A stretch of DNA of 64,000 nt from Octopus vulgaris. Its lineage: Eukaryota. The position numbers and the translations under genes were made by a program. Below are positions 51,988-64,000 of the stretch, in pieces. The stretch spans positions 20,336,001-20,400,000 of the forward strand of contig OX597827.1 of assembly GCA_951406725.2 (NCBI GenBank). The letters run 5' to 3'. Under the pieces are notes generated by a model that saw only the letters and a program-made list of their open reading frames with translations, searched no databases and was not told where the DNA came from. Numbering within the stretch: position 1 is the first letter of the stretch; each line of letters begins with the position of its first letter.

Positions 51988-52442
51988 AAAATATAGAATT
52001 TTTTCACAAGCAGGACACATTAATATAATTTTTCTTAAATATTTTAACAGAGTAAGAAGATGGAAGAAACTCATGGTGTCACTATTGTAGCAAAGCGGCT
52101 ATGAAGAGATTGCAATTTCTTAGAATCGCATAGAGCATAGTGGGGCCATAGGGTTGTGATTCATTTCTAATTTATCTCTTTATCATCTATTAAATATGTG
52201 ACTAGAAGACTGTCTGTTTTGAATAAAGAACAAGAATGAGTTGACAGCTCATGGCTAGGTATGGTCATAAATATCATAGGTATCCCTTATCCCCAAGAGA
52301 GAGGAAATAAGACATTACGAAGAGTCAATTTGATAGAAAAAAATTTCTATAGAATTTTTAGATTCACCTTACTTTGAGTTGTGCAGATAATACTAGACTG
52401 ACTTGGTGCTTCAACTTAAGTATCTAATTCAACTAAATCTTA

Positions 52443-52477
<35 letters not shown>

Positions 52478-52884
52478 CATCATGTATTAGCCGTTTTGCT
52501 TTCTTCCAAATCTTTTATTCTTCCTTAAAATTATTCAGTCCTACCATTTATATTTCTTTTATCTTTCATACTTTGTCTAAAATTGGGATGATTTTCTGAG
52601 AGTTGCACTAAGGCATGAATTACTTAAGAGAGGGATTTATATAAACGCTCTGTAGTTGAAACCACTTTATGAAGAGTTTTTTCTTTGTCATTTCAACAAA
52701 ATATCTGCAGTTTTGTTAACCCCTTAAGATTTACATAGGTGACGATTTCATAATCAACACCTAATAAATTCTGATTGTCACCTGTATTGACTTCTTCAAA
52801 CCCCAATTCCTGTATTCTCATGTTCCTGTGCCATTTGTGCAACATTGACTGGCACTATTTCACTCATGGTCTTCCTTTACACAG

Positions 52885-53130
52885 CCATCATTATCATCAT
52901 TTAATGTCCGCTTTCCATGCTGGCATGGGTTGGACGATTTGACTGAGGACTGGCAAGCCAGAAGGCTGCACCAGACTCCAGTCTGATCTGGCAAGGTTTC
53001 TACAGCTGGATGCCCTTCATAATGCCAACCACTCCAAGAATGTAGTGGGTGCTTTTCACAAGCCATCAGTACGAGGGCCAGTCAGGCAGTACTGGCATCA
53101 ACCATGCTTGAATGGTGCTTTTACGTGCCA
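52885..53130 (-). mobile_element. RTE LINE 3' UTR/tail copy
   Basis: Shared tail block. Another partial copy at 54430-54560. Confidence 0.88.
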
Positions 53131-53271
53131 AGATATATTTTAAAATTCCCCTATAATCTTAAATATTTTTTATTGCATCCATAATGTTGTAATTTTTCTA
53201 GAATTCTTTAACAGAGTGAGGCTTATTGCCAGTCACTATAATGAACTGAAACAGAGTTATTCTATGATAAA

Positions 53272-53578
53272 CTAGCAGTATCGCCCAGCGTTGCTCGGGT
53301 TTGTAAGGGAAATAGCTATATAAGCATTTTTAGAGAGTTACTTCCCTTATATAACCTGAGTAAAAATCATTAAAAATGCGGAAAAATGATGGTAATTTTT
53401 TTTTTTAATCGTTGACTCATCGTAGACATGCGCTAATACCCAGAAGGGCTCAATATGAATAATGACTATAAGATGCCCGCTTTTGGTTAAACTGCACCGC
53501 AAAATGTGGGAGTAGTTAGGAATCTAAATCGGAGGAGACAGAGTCTCACACACACAACTTGAATTTTATATATAAAGA
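53272..53578 (-). mobile_element. Non-autonomous Helitron (307 bp)
   Basis: Minus strand: A|TCTTTATATATAAAA 5' end, subterminal hairpin CCCGAGCAACGCTGGG, CTAG|T 3' end, no TSD. Confidence 0.85.
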
Positions 53579-53860
53579 TATGTCTTGAAAATAAAGGTAA
53601 TTCCCTGATTCAAAGTAGTCTTGAAGTTGTATTTTGTTAGATGGAAAGGACTTCCAAACACATCTGAAGTGAATTGAGATTTAAAGGATGCCCAGCAGCA
53701 TTGCTCAAAACCTGAAGGATCTTTAAAACCAAGTTATTCTTCTCACAGTAATGAGTGACAGCAGAACAGAAATGTTGAACCCTGTTAAATTTCTATAGAA
53801 GCAGAGGAATTTGGAGACATCTTTTGCTGTTCTGTATCTTTCTTTTTCTCCTTTTTACAG

Positions 53861-53874
53861 AACAGTTGCAGAAG
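53861..53874 (+). CDS. Candidate 14-nt micro-exon (xEQLQK, phase 1 to 0)
   Basis: ~35-nt polypyrimidine tract with TTTTACAG acceptor and AAG|GTAACT donor. In frame after both phase-1 upstream exons. Confidence 0.5.
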
Positions 53875-54680
53875 GTAACTACTTCCAAATGTACTTGGTC
53901 AAAAATAACTGGACTGTTGTGTTCTAAGGGATTGTACTCAATTCAGACAGATGTTCTGGGCAGCTGGTCAAATCTGAGAGTTTATGTCTCAACTGGTGCC
54001 ACATTTTCAGATGTTTGGAAACTTTCCATTTAAACCCTCCTCCAACAATGACAATTTGATAACACCTTTGACCCCTGACAAGAGATAACACTTCTCAGAT
54101 AAACAAAGCTTATAGTTTTGTGATAGACTGAAATTTAGGAAGCGTCATGTTACTGGAGGGTAATCCGATCCTTGATCTTTGTATTTCCTTGAATGGAGAC
54201 TGAAGTCTTTGTTTTTTACCTAAATGAGTGAAGATGCTTATGATGCTGACTACTGAAAGCATTTGCTGTAGGTTCTGTGGCAATTCTTTGTTATCCAAGA
54301 GTGTTAGGGATACTCAATATACAACTCCTTACATTCACACACATACATGTATACAAACACACACATGTAAGAATGCATACACACACAGGCATACATACAT
54401 GCACACAACACACGCACATATACTTAAGCATTGGTTTCCATGCTGGCATGGGTTGGACAGTTTGACCAGAGCTGGCAAGCAGAAGAGCTGTACCAGGTTC
54501 CAGTCTGATTTGGTTTGGTTTGATTTCTACAGCTGGATGTCCTAACATGGCACCGGCAAAAGCATTTACTCTCCTGACACATGACTATCAAGCATAAGCA
54601 TATTCAGCTCTAACATCCGGTTATTAGTATCACCGGGACTAAGCAAAATCATATATATGCAGGCATATATATACACATGC

Positions 54681-55100
54681 CTCTTCTGTATTTAATCATT
54701 TAAATTCCACCTCTGAAGAAAGAGCTGGTTTCTAACAACAATGCAAAGTTCCATCATTGGAATGTAAATAGGGAAAACAAAGTCACGTTTTAAACTTGAG
54801 AAAAATCATCATAGTTTTACTGCTGCACTTTACAGACTGAATTTGTAATGAGCGACTTTGGTGGTTAGCTTCTTTTTCTGAAAGCACTAGTTTATCCAAA
54901 TCGTCACTTAGGCATTTACTCACAGAACTTAGTGTTCCAATTATTATTGGTATAAATGTGAATTTGTGATCCAGATACACAAGCTGGAGGTTTCAAAGTT
55001 GTCCACAGTTATCTTCTTTGATTTTCAAAGAGATATTCGCTTCAGCCGGACAGCTGACCTCTGTGGCAGTACATGCTTTTCCTTGTCTGTCCCAAACAAC
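54681..55100 (-). mobile_element. 3' end of an RLE-type (R4/Dong/NeSL-like) non-LTR element
   Basis: YLDHKFTFIPIIIGTLSSV..LQIQSV..FLKFKT. Reverse complement of 58600-58993. Confidence 0.75.
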
Positions 55101-55189
55101 AATATGCCCCCACCCCAGCCTGTTATGCTTACACTTAACAGATGTTTTGATGGGAATGTTCCATCACTATCCTGTCTGCTGATATTTGC

Positions 55190-56120
55190 ATTTCAATAAC
55201 AGGGGAATTCTCCTTGATCTTGGCGCCAGCTTGCAGACAGCAGTTGGAATTTTTCTCAAACACACCCCACATATAGTAATCTATGGGATTAGAATCAGAG
55301 GAATTAGGCGGCCAAAAATTGGCTCTGGTGAAGCCATAAAAATTCTCTGACAACAACTGATTGTTTCCAGAGGTATGGCAAGAAGCCAAATCCTGCTGCC
55401 ACACATATGGTCTTCCAGCAGCAATCCTCTCCAGCCAGGGTTTGATAATAGTCTCCAGTAGATTCTCATAACTGTCTAAATCGAACCTCAGGCCTTCTTC
55501 AAAGACATGTTGGCATGTGTGAGGTCACCCTACCTGGAGACACCCCTACAAAGACCACCACAGTTTGGGGGGAAATTGGCTTTCAGGATATGTAAAGCAT
55601 TACATGCATTGTAGGCAAACCACCGGTTGTTCTGGGTGTTGTGCAACTGGTCCTGGCAGAAGTTCTTTTCATTTCAGAAGAACCACATCATCTCCAGCTC
55701 AACAGGATGCCTCAAATTGTTCAGGAGCTTCTTAACCTTTGTCAAGTGGGTCGCCTTGGCCTTGTCAGAATTTGTCCTTTGTGCCTCTTGTACAAGCGGT
55801 AGTGAAGGTCCTCATTCACGGCCAGCTTCATGGTGGTGACTCCAACACTGATCTCTCTTGTTAAAGCCCAGATTCCATTGCTTGGGTCTTCTATCACCTT
55901 GTCCTGCAATTCTTGGATGAATAATTCTGGCACATGGATATAGTCAGAACGCCTCCTGTGTCCGTTTCTGCTGACCATAGCTTTGTGGTCTCCACTGCAG
56001 ATATCCATGTCGCATCTTATAGCCTTTACACTGTTCACAGAGCATTGAGCAGCAGTTTTGATACCTGAAGTGAACCCTCAGAATACAGGTGACTCTTTCA
56101 AATATTCAGATGGCTTCCAG
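55190..56120 (-). mobile_element. Degenerate Tc1/mariner transposase (maT/DD37D-like)
   Basis: KPWLERIAAGRPYVWQQDLASCHTS and NFWPPNSSDSNPIDYYMWG. N-terminal HTH remnant in ORF 55742-56038. Confidence 0.8.
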
Positions 56121-56146
56121 TACTCCATGTCAGCTAACATTTTCTC

Positions 56147-56182
<36 letters not shown>

Positions 56183-56188
<6 letters not shown>

Positions 56189-56451
56189 AAACAGAAACTG
56201 GAAGATTTTTGATATTATTTATTCAGTATTACATATGTTTGAGTACTAATATTGTTAATTAAGAAAAACATGCAAGACACCTATTAGCAATTCCTCAGAC
56301 CAAGAATCAAAATAATACATTATTATATAAATATATCATTTAAATAATACATGTTTTTCTACATGTATACCAATGTAACTCCTATTGGTAATGAAGCATA
56401 CATAACATGGAGTAAATGATACCAAAAATTCTTCAGTTTTCTGTTTTGATA
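56183..56451. repeat. Short diverged inverted repeat (56183-56232 / 56402-56451)
   Basis: ATATCAAAACAGAAACTG / CAGTTTTCTGTTTTGATAT, next to (TA)n. Confidence 0.6.
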
Positions 56452-56499
56452 TGAAATTACTCTTATGTAAATCATAACATCAACAAATATACTTTGCAG

Positions 56500-57640
56500 A
56501 GTGAGAATATGTTGATGTGCTTCATCAGGACACAGCTTGGATCACAAGTTTCTGGAAAGTTGCACCCTTCTTATTTCCAGAGACTGTCTAATATAGCTTT
56601 TACATCACTCTGATGACATCCTAAAGGCTCTGCAAGAGGGCTTCAGAGCAGATGTCATCATACCTGGACTTCAGCAAGCCCTTCAACAAACTTGACCACA
56701 GCACCACTATTAAAGAAACTGTGCAACATTGGAGTCTGTATGAAACTATTGAAGTTGACTGAATGTTTTCTGGTGAACAGAAAACCCAGCGTCTGATGAC
56801 TGATGGTGTTCAATCAAGTACAGCGAGAGTTATCAGTGGAGTCTCACAAGGCACTGTATGGGGTCCACTTCTTTTCATTATTTATAGCAACATCATCATT
56901 AATGTCATCAAACACAGCAGCATCAGAATTTTCATGGAGCTTCTGAAGGTTGTCAACAGGGTGGCAGACCAGACTTATCTCCAATAGGATCTGCTCGTTG
57001 TTATTCAATGGTTGGGAAAACTCAATATGCAGCTAAACGAGAATTTGAATTAACCCACTTTGGGATTTAGGTTGCACCTAAGCTATCGTATACTCTTCCC
57101 TTGGATGAAAACCTCATGACATCAGACATTGCTAAGTGCCTTGGAGTAACTATCAACAACTTAAGCTGGAGTGTCCACATAAACAGCAAAGTTGACACAG
57201 CCCACAGGGTCTGCTCCTGGATCCTCTGGTCTTTCTGGTTTAGAGATGTTCCTACCATCAGCCTTCTCTTCTTCACCTTTACCTGCCCTCATCTGGAATA
57301 CTGTTGTCTGCTGGACTCCCCCTACACAAAACAAAATATAAAAACTGAAGCACCCCAGAGAGTGATCACAACATGAAAAAAAAAAAAGCAAAGACAGTTC
57401 TTGAATATTGGGATCAGCTTGAGAAGCTCAACTTTATTGCTTTTAACTGTGAGCACCATCATATTTGTATGATGTTGAAAATATTCCAACAACATTGTCT
57501 GAATGAGGTTGGCATCAACTTTAAAAAAATTCTTTCATGGTTTGGTCCCCACACCATCCACCTGCTACAAAAATCGTGTCCATATTACATCACAGCACCA
57601 AGACAGAACTATTTTGGTGTCGCTCTCTTTAACATCAAGT
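56500..57640 (+). mobile_element. Degenerate CR1-clade LINE RT fragment
   Basis: YLDFSKPFNKLDH, VISGVSQGTVWGPLLFIIY, LSWSVHIN and CPHLEYC motifs. Confidence 0.85.
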
Positions 57641-58049
57641 CAAGAGAAACATAGGGGGAGACACACACACACACTGTTGGAATCAACGCATGCATGCATA
57701 CGACAGTCTGAACTGTCTTACAAGAGAATATCCCACAATGCATTTGCAGTACCAGTGCTAATATCAACATTCGGAACACTTTACTGGTCTGTAGAAGAAA
57801 TCCACTCTATAAACATTTCAATGATACTGACAGGCTCTAAGAAGAGATAATGGAGGTAGAGGCTTGAGATCAGTGCAGACAGCCTTCCAATGTCTCATAG
57901 TCTCTCTCAAGCAACATTTACTAAACAACAGCAACAAAAACAAATACATTAACTTAGTGCTGAAAAAAAGAAGAAAACAATATCCTACATGTTGGAAATG
58001 ATCTCTTCAGGAAGCACTCTCTTCCTGATGACCTCCCATACTACTCCAA

Positions 58050-58993
58050 ATCAGCCAGACTATCTTACTTCAAATAAAACCTGAATGTGAAACACTCAGC
58101 ATACCAAAAACAGAGAAGAAAACCATGCATGGCTATGTTTCCCAAAGACTTGAAGAAGATGGTAACATTGACATGAAGCCTCTCTTCAGCTCGCGACCAT
58201 TACATGAAATCACACTTTGAAGGGTATGCATTAGCAATCCAAGAGCAGGAGACTGCTACTAAATATCTAATCAACAAAAGACACAACGAAGCCCTTACAG
58301 TTCCGAGATGTGACCAAAAATGTGGATTATATCATATTTCAGTGGAAGACTTCGCATGTGGTTAGCAGCAGCCCAAAAATGTCATCAGGGAACTATCATT
58401 CTACAAGACATGACATTGTCGCAAAAACAGTATACTATGCCATTTGGAAAACAAAAACAAACTATCCTGGAATAGACAGAGAATCCTGCCCTATTATTGA
58501 ATATGCATACAAATATCAGTACAAGGAACATTGTACTGATAGAACATTCCCATGGAAACATCTGTCAAGCATAAGAGGCTGGTGGGTATTGTTGTTTGGG
58601 ACAGACAAGGAAAAGTATGTAACCGCCATAGAGGTCAGCTGTCCGGCTGAAGTGAATATCTCTTTGAAAATCAAAGAAGATAACTGTGGACAAGTTTGAA
58701 ACCCCCAGCTTGCGTATCTGGATCACAAATTCACATTTATACCAATAATAATTGGTGAACTTGGTTTTGTAAGTCTGGATAAGCTTGGATTTTCAGAAAA
58801 AGAAGCCAACCAACCGACTCCTACATTACAAATTCAATCTGTGAGTGGAACAGTAAAACTATGCAAGACTTTCCTCAAGTTTAAAACCTGACTTTGTTTT
58901 CCCTATCTACATTCCAATGATGGAGCTTTGCATTGTTGTTAGAAACCAGCTCTTTCTTCAGAGGTGGAATTTAAATGATTAAATACAGAAGAG
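58050..58993 (+). mobile_element. 3' portion of an RLE-type (R4/Dong/NeSL-like) non-LTR element
   Basis: EGYALAIQEQE, HVVSSSP..YHSTRHDIVAK (zinc-knuckle/RHD region), IEVSCPAEVNISLK (RLE) and FIPIIIGELG. Confidence 0.8.
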
Positions 58994-59334
58994 AAATACA
59001 ATTATACATACAAAACTGCTCTATATATACTTATGTGTGTGAGTGTGTATGTGTGTGCATCTGTGCGCGCGCGCGAGTATTTCTTGGCCATATTGCGTCA
59101 CAATATTTGCCGTTTCAACTCCTTTTGATGAGGAAAACCGACAAATTATCGTTTTTTGTGGGGGGGCACACCGACACTTTTCGCTTTTTTTTCTTTCGTC
59201 GATACGCATACACACATATACAATCCTCTCCCACAGCCACACACACACACTTTCTATCTTTCCTTTTTGTATCTGTCTACCTACCAATAAGTATGTATCT
59301 TTCTACACACACGCATTTATATACCCTCTTCTCT

Positions 59335-59373
<39 letters not shown>

Positions 59374-59653
59374 CTCCCGCTTTTTCAAACTGCTAATTGA
59401 ATTGTTAACAAAAAAATGCCCTTGTTCACCTCGAGACCTTTGTTGCCGTGGCAACACTTGTTGCACAGGTGTCACGAACCGCACTCCCCCTCCCCTCCAT
59501 TTCCTCACACACCTACTTTCCCCCTACGACACAAAATCAGTAATACACTAACAAAGAAACGTCGACGCAGCTGCTAGAGCTGTTAGAAATAGCAGCTAAA
59601 TCTACAGCAAGTTCACTTTCTACCTATTAAAAAACACCTGAAACATAATATTT

Positions 59654-59887
59654 ATATTTCTTTATTACCCACAAGGGGCTAAACACAGAGGGGACAAACA
59701 AGGACAGACAAAGGGATTAAGTCGATTACATCGACCCCAGTGCGTAACTGGTACTTTATTTATCGACCCCGAAAGGATGAAAGGCAAAGTCGACCTCGGC
59801 GGAATTTGAACTCGGAACGTAACGACAGACGAAATACGCCTACGCATTTCAACCGGCGTGCTAACGTTTCTGCCAGCTCGTCGCCTC
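59654..59887 (-). mobile_element. Young full-length tRNA-derived SINE (Nin/Deu-like core)
   Basis: 13-bp TSD AAACATAATATTT, intact A/B boxes, CpGs retained. Confidence 0.95.
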
Positions 59888-60113
59888 AAACATAATATTT
59901 GATAAGTCGTAGGAAACAGACGCGATGGTCACGGCACCAATTCCTTTGTTGAACGGGATGAACAGTAGCACCAATTTCATTGCTACGTAGAAACAACACC
60001 ACTTTTACATGTCTTTATCTTCTGTTTCTCGCACGGAAATAATGTCCGTTGGTCTCCTTCAGCGAAAACCAGATTGATTTAGCTGTGGGAGGGTCTCTCT
60101 CTTTCTGTTTGTC

Positions 60114-60529
60114 GGATCTTTTCGGTTTGAACGGCAGTTTTTAACATAATTTCTTGGTAACTAAAAAATTTTAAACTTTGTATACTGGTAGAATGTGTTT
60201 ATAAAACATCTTTTTCTCTTGGCTTTATTGAGAAAATTCTATAGTTTGTAAGATATTTGTTGTTTTTTTTCTTCAATTTCTGCAATTTCAACCAATCACT
60301 GACGTCTATTGAGGTAAACAACATTCTGTGCCGTATGAATATGTCCCTTGTTTAAGAAACAGATTGGGTTTATTTACATTTGTGAAGAAAAAAGATACCC
60401 TTCCCCCCACTCCTAACCTTAACCCTAAAACAGATTGAAATGCAATAGATCGATACTAGGGTCATAATTATGGGTGACAATTTCATATGACACCGCTAGA
60501 AAAAACTGCCGTTCAAACCGAAAAGATCC
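60114..60529. mobile_element. MITE family A
   Basis: Perfect TIRs. TSD TGTTTGTC/TGCTTGTC. Internal CCTAACCTTAACCCTAA. Confidence 0.95.
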
Positions 60530-62463
60530 TGCTTGTCTCACACTCATGCACTCACTTTCTACCATTACCAGCAGTCTGATACCATAAAAAAAAAAATCAC
60601 GATGTAGAATGAGTGTATGGAAGAAGAAACATCTGACGTTCTAAGCTGATCGCCTCATCATTCTGTCCGGCGATGAAGGCAACCATTTCAGACAACATCT
60701 TTTCTCTTCCCCACAGCAAATTGTTTATTTATCAACACGAACAACGTTAATTTCATCAGCAACATTTCCCACTCACAACTATATATATATACCCGTTCGT
60801 CTCGGTGTCCTCCTTTCTGTCTTCTCTCTCTCAAGTAACAGGTATATACATACATTAATGGGTGCCCCTCTCCCGTCTTATAGTCTCCCTACTCTGTCAC
60901 ACACACGAACCTGTCCTATTCAGAGCAAGGTGTCTATATAAGTCGCCCTTGATGATGACCAGTCAGAAAGTTACCATTGTTGCACTTAGCAGCAATATAG
61001 GTGATTTGTTATGCTGGCCGGAAGTACATAACCTTTTTGCTAATGTAGATAAGAATACAGTCTTGGTCAGCAACAGATGTGAAGAAGAAAAAAAACTCCC
61101 AAAGGAGTCAGTTTATGTAAGATATCCGTTCACTTGTCTGCGAGCAGGGAACAATTTACTTTTCGAATTTAAGAATGCTTCCCAAATCGATCACGACTAA
61201 ACGAAAATTGCATCGTCTGTTCCCGTTAAGGAACGGTCCAAACTGTTCTAGAAGCTTCCTTTAAATACCGAAAAGCGTTCTCTCCTCTTGACCGTCATAT
61301 GCAGTTGGCCAAAGGCGTGCTGGAGACATGGAATTCTCCGCTTGCTGACGAGTGGACGGATATCGTACATAATCTGACCTTTTCGGACACAACCAGAACA
61401 GGTAGAAGGGGAATAACTCCATCTCGCCGAGAAGGGATTTTCGCTTCGAAGAATTAAGTTTTAGGGTTTTGTGTTTCACTTCTATTGCTGACCAAAATTG
61501 TATTCTTACCTCCATTAGTCAAGTGGTTCTATGCCTCTGACCAGAATACTCTGATGAGTTGTCTAATTTGCTTAATGTGTTGATAGAAGTGAAACCAATG
61601 ATAACTTTCTGACCGTCCATAACCAACAACTACTTTGTATATTACTGCCGACTGATATATATATATATATATAATTACAATTAAGGGTACTGAGAAACAG
61701 CACCTATACGCTAGAAACAGACGTCAAAAGGCTCTAAAAAACCATTTCAAATTACACAAAGCTAAAAGCAGGCAAACGAATAGGATGGATTTAGTAAAAT
61801 CTTGAGGTTAATTTTAAATCGTCTGATTTGTGGTTTAGTAATACAAATTACTTTACCGTCATTAGTAGAATATATATATATATATATATCTTAATCACTC
61901 TGTTCTCCTCTTCTCTGCCTTTTTATCTACTCTTTCACGCTCAACTTTTTTCTTTTATTACCCGCTTATTTTTCCACCTTCATCTTTTTCTCTACATGCA
62001 CAGGCTCTAACTTTTGTCTAACTGCTTCCTCTAACCTATACTACATTCAAATCCCACTCTACTCCACACAGCTCAATATCTTCTGCCCATCTCCTGACAC
62101 AGATACTCTCCTCTATATGCACACAACTATCTGCCTCTCTTCCTCATACAACAGCATTCCAACTTGGCCCCTAACATTGTTCTCCCCTCATTTCTCTTTC
62201 CATTTCCTATTTTTCTCATGAAGGACTGTCTGAAACGCCAACGAACCTTTTCCTTTCTCCTTCCAAATGTGAAACAATTAACACCTTGGTGAACGCTTGC
62301 CTTTCTCTTGTTTTTCATGTTTCTGTTCATTCATCATATATACACCTGTTAAAACTAGTTTTTTTTAATATTCATACGTATGTATACACACCTGTTAAAT
62401 TCAGTATTTCTATTTACAGGTGTATATACACTCGTTAAGGCCAGTATTTCTATTTTAAGGTGC

Positions 62464-62526
<63 letters not shown>

Positions 62527-62869
62527 CACACACACATATACACACACACATATCTGCTAAGGTCAGTGCCCTCCACATCTTCTGATCTTTATTACAAGTA
62601 GAGGTTATTGATGCTGTTATTATTGATGTCCAGTTTTATATCAGCCCTGTCTGAGCTGGCCTTCTACGCATGCCCATCCCATGATATCTGTGATTCTATT
62701 ATTCGGACTATCCCTTTTTTCAAGACAGTCGACTGTGATTTCGTTGCGCTTTCTAGCCTGTGAAGTGACCACGTATAGACTTCTACATTGTCTTTTCGTT
62801 ATTGGTAGCCCCCTGTTTTCTCCACTATTTCTCCCATAATTAGAGTGTATGAGCCTGTGAGTCTTTGCG

Positions 62870-63040
62870 TTTGTTGTCAACCGGTGATGGTTTGTTTACG
62901 TTTCTGTAACACGGCTGTTCGGCATACGAGATCAACTAAGTAGATGCCAAACTTAAAAAGTACTGGGATCGATTTGTTCGACTAAACTCTTCAAGGCAGT
63001 GACCCTGCATGGCTGCAGTCCAATGAGTAAAACAAAAATA
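62870..63040 (+). mobile_element. 3' half of a SINE (family of 24521-24924)
   Basis: GGTTTGTTTACGT, GATCGATTTGTTCGACTAAA and GCATGGCTGCAGTC blocks. Confidence 0.65.
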
Positions 63041-63808
63041 AACATAACATTATTTTTATATATATATAACATACATATTTGAGTGTGCGTGTACAGCTGC
63101 GTTGTTGCTCCGTGGTTTCCACTCTATGTTGGAAACATCAAATGTCAAACTTTACTGTAAAAACAATTTCGTGCCAACCAGATTCCATAACGTCACTGGA
63201 TAGAATGAATTATGTCCCTTGTTTGTAGGATGAATAACCTCCCTTGCATTGTGTTCTCGTTACTCTGCTCCAATATGGATCGGGTCGAACACGCCTTCCT
63301 TTGAGACATTATCTTAACTGACCGTATGTTTATTTCACATTCGGAGCGAGTCACTAACTGTCACCCCAACACACATACTCGCGCACGTGTGTATAGATAT
63401 GCGTGTGTACATATATCTGTATATCTTCTGCTGTTTTTGCTTCCTCATAATTTTCAGAATGGATATTTTTGTAATAAAATTTTATACGAATACTCTTCAG
63501 ATGATGTAGATTCCGATTATATTGAAATTTGTTGTGAAAATATTTTCGGAGGGAAGAGATTTGGAAAATTGACAGGATTCGGCTGCGTTTGTTCATAACT
63601 TTGAGAAAAGTGAAAATTCTTATGTAAAATTTAATTGTCAAAATAATATGACTGTCCTGTAAGGGACGTTGTAACTGTTTATTAGCCCCGCAGAAAACAT
63701 CGTTTCTAACTGGCTACACGACACATTCTGTGTCATATTTTCGAACCAGAAACTCAGCATCCCTGCCCAGCACAAAACATCTATGGACTAGTTCCAGGGT
63801 TATTGCTC

Positions 63809-64000
63809 GGATCTTTACGGTTTGAACGGCAGTTTTTAACATAATTTCTAGGTAACTAAAAAATTTTAAACTTCGTATACTGGTAGAATGTGTTTATAAA
63901 ACATCGTTTTTCTCTTGGCTTTATTGAGAAAATTCTATAGTTTGTAAGATATTTGTTGTTCTTTTTCTTCAATTTCAACCAATCAGTGACGTCTATTGAG
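63809..64000. mobile_element. MITE family A, running off the window end
   Basis: GGATCTTTACGGTTTGAACGGCAGTTTTT followed by sequence colinear with 60114-60310. Confidence 0.93.

Noticed and set aside
60860-61620. Possible LTR-retrotransposon integrase remnant (ENSMSPARLW on the minus strand)
   Set aside because: Only one weak motif. No DDE/GPY-F context or LTRs could be established.
62205-62240. CTCATGA-AGGACTGTCT-GAAACG hammerhead-like trace
   Set aside because: The core G5 is mutated and there is no stem I/III pairing. Too degenerate to call.

Overview
AT-rich, microsatellite-rich eukaryotic DNA. The repeat content (RTE LINE tails ending in (GAT)n, tRNA-derived SINEs, dense (TA)n/(CA)n tracts) looks like octopus/coleoid mollusc; this is an inference. 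The window has three parts. (1) Positions 1-12 kb hold the last four coding exons of an adducin (hts/add-1-like) gene on the + strand. It ends in the MARCKS-like motif KKKKKFRIPSFSKKKK and is followed by a ~3.6 kb TE-free putative 3' UTR. (2) A TE-dense region contains RTE, CR1 and RLE-type LINE remnants, mariner/Tc1, hAT, Helitrons and several SINE families. It also has two related MITE families with GGATC termini, 8-bp TSDs and internal TTAGGG repeats. (3) Probable 5' exons of a second, unidentified + strand gene: two phase-1 candidate first exons and a 14-nt micro-exon. The most unusual signal is a set of at least eight minimal type-I hammerhead-ribozyme-like motifs from several unrelated families. 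They sit in short Penelope-like, often inverted-repeat units next to (TA)n tracts. Most ORF-track entries are microsatellite or TE artefacts. All calls were made by eye, and boundaries of degenerate TEs are approximate.
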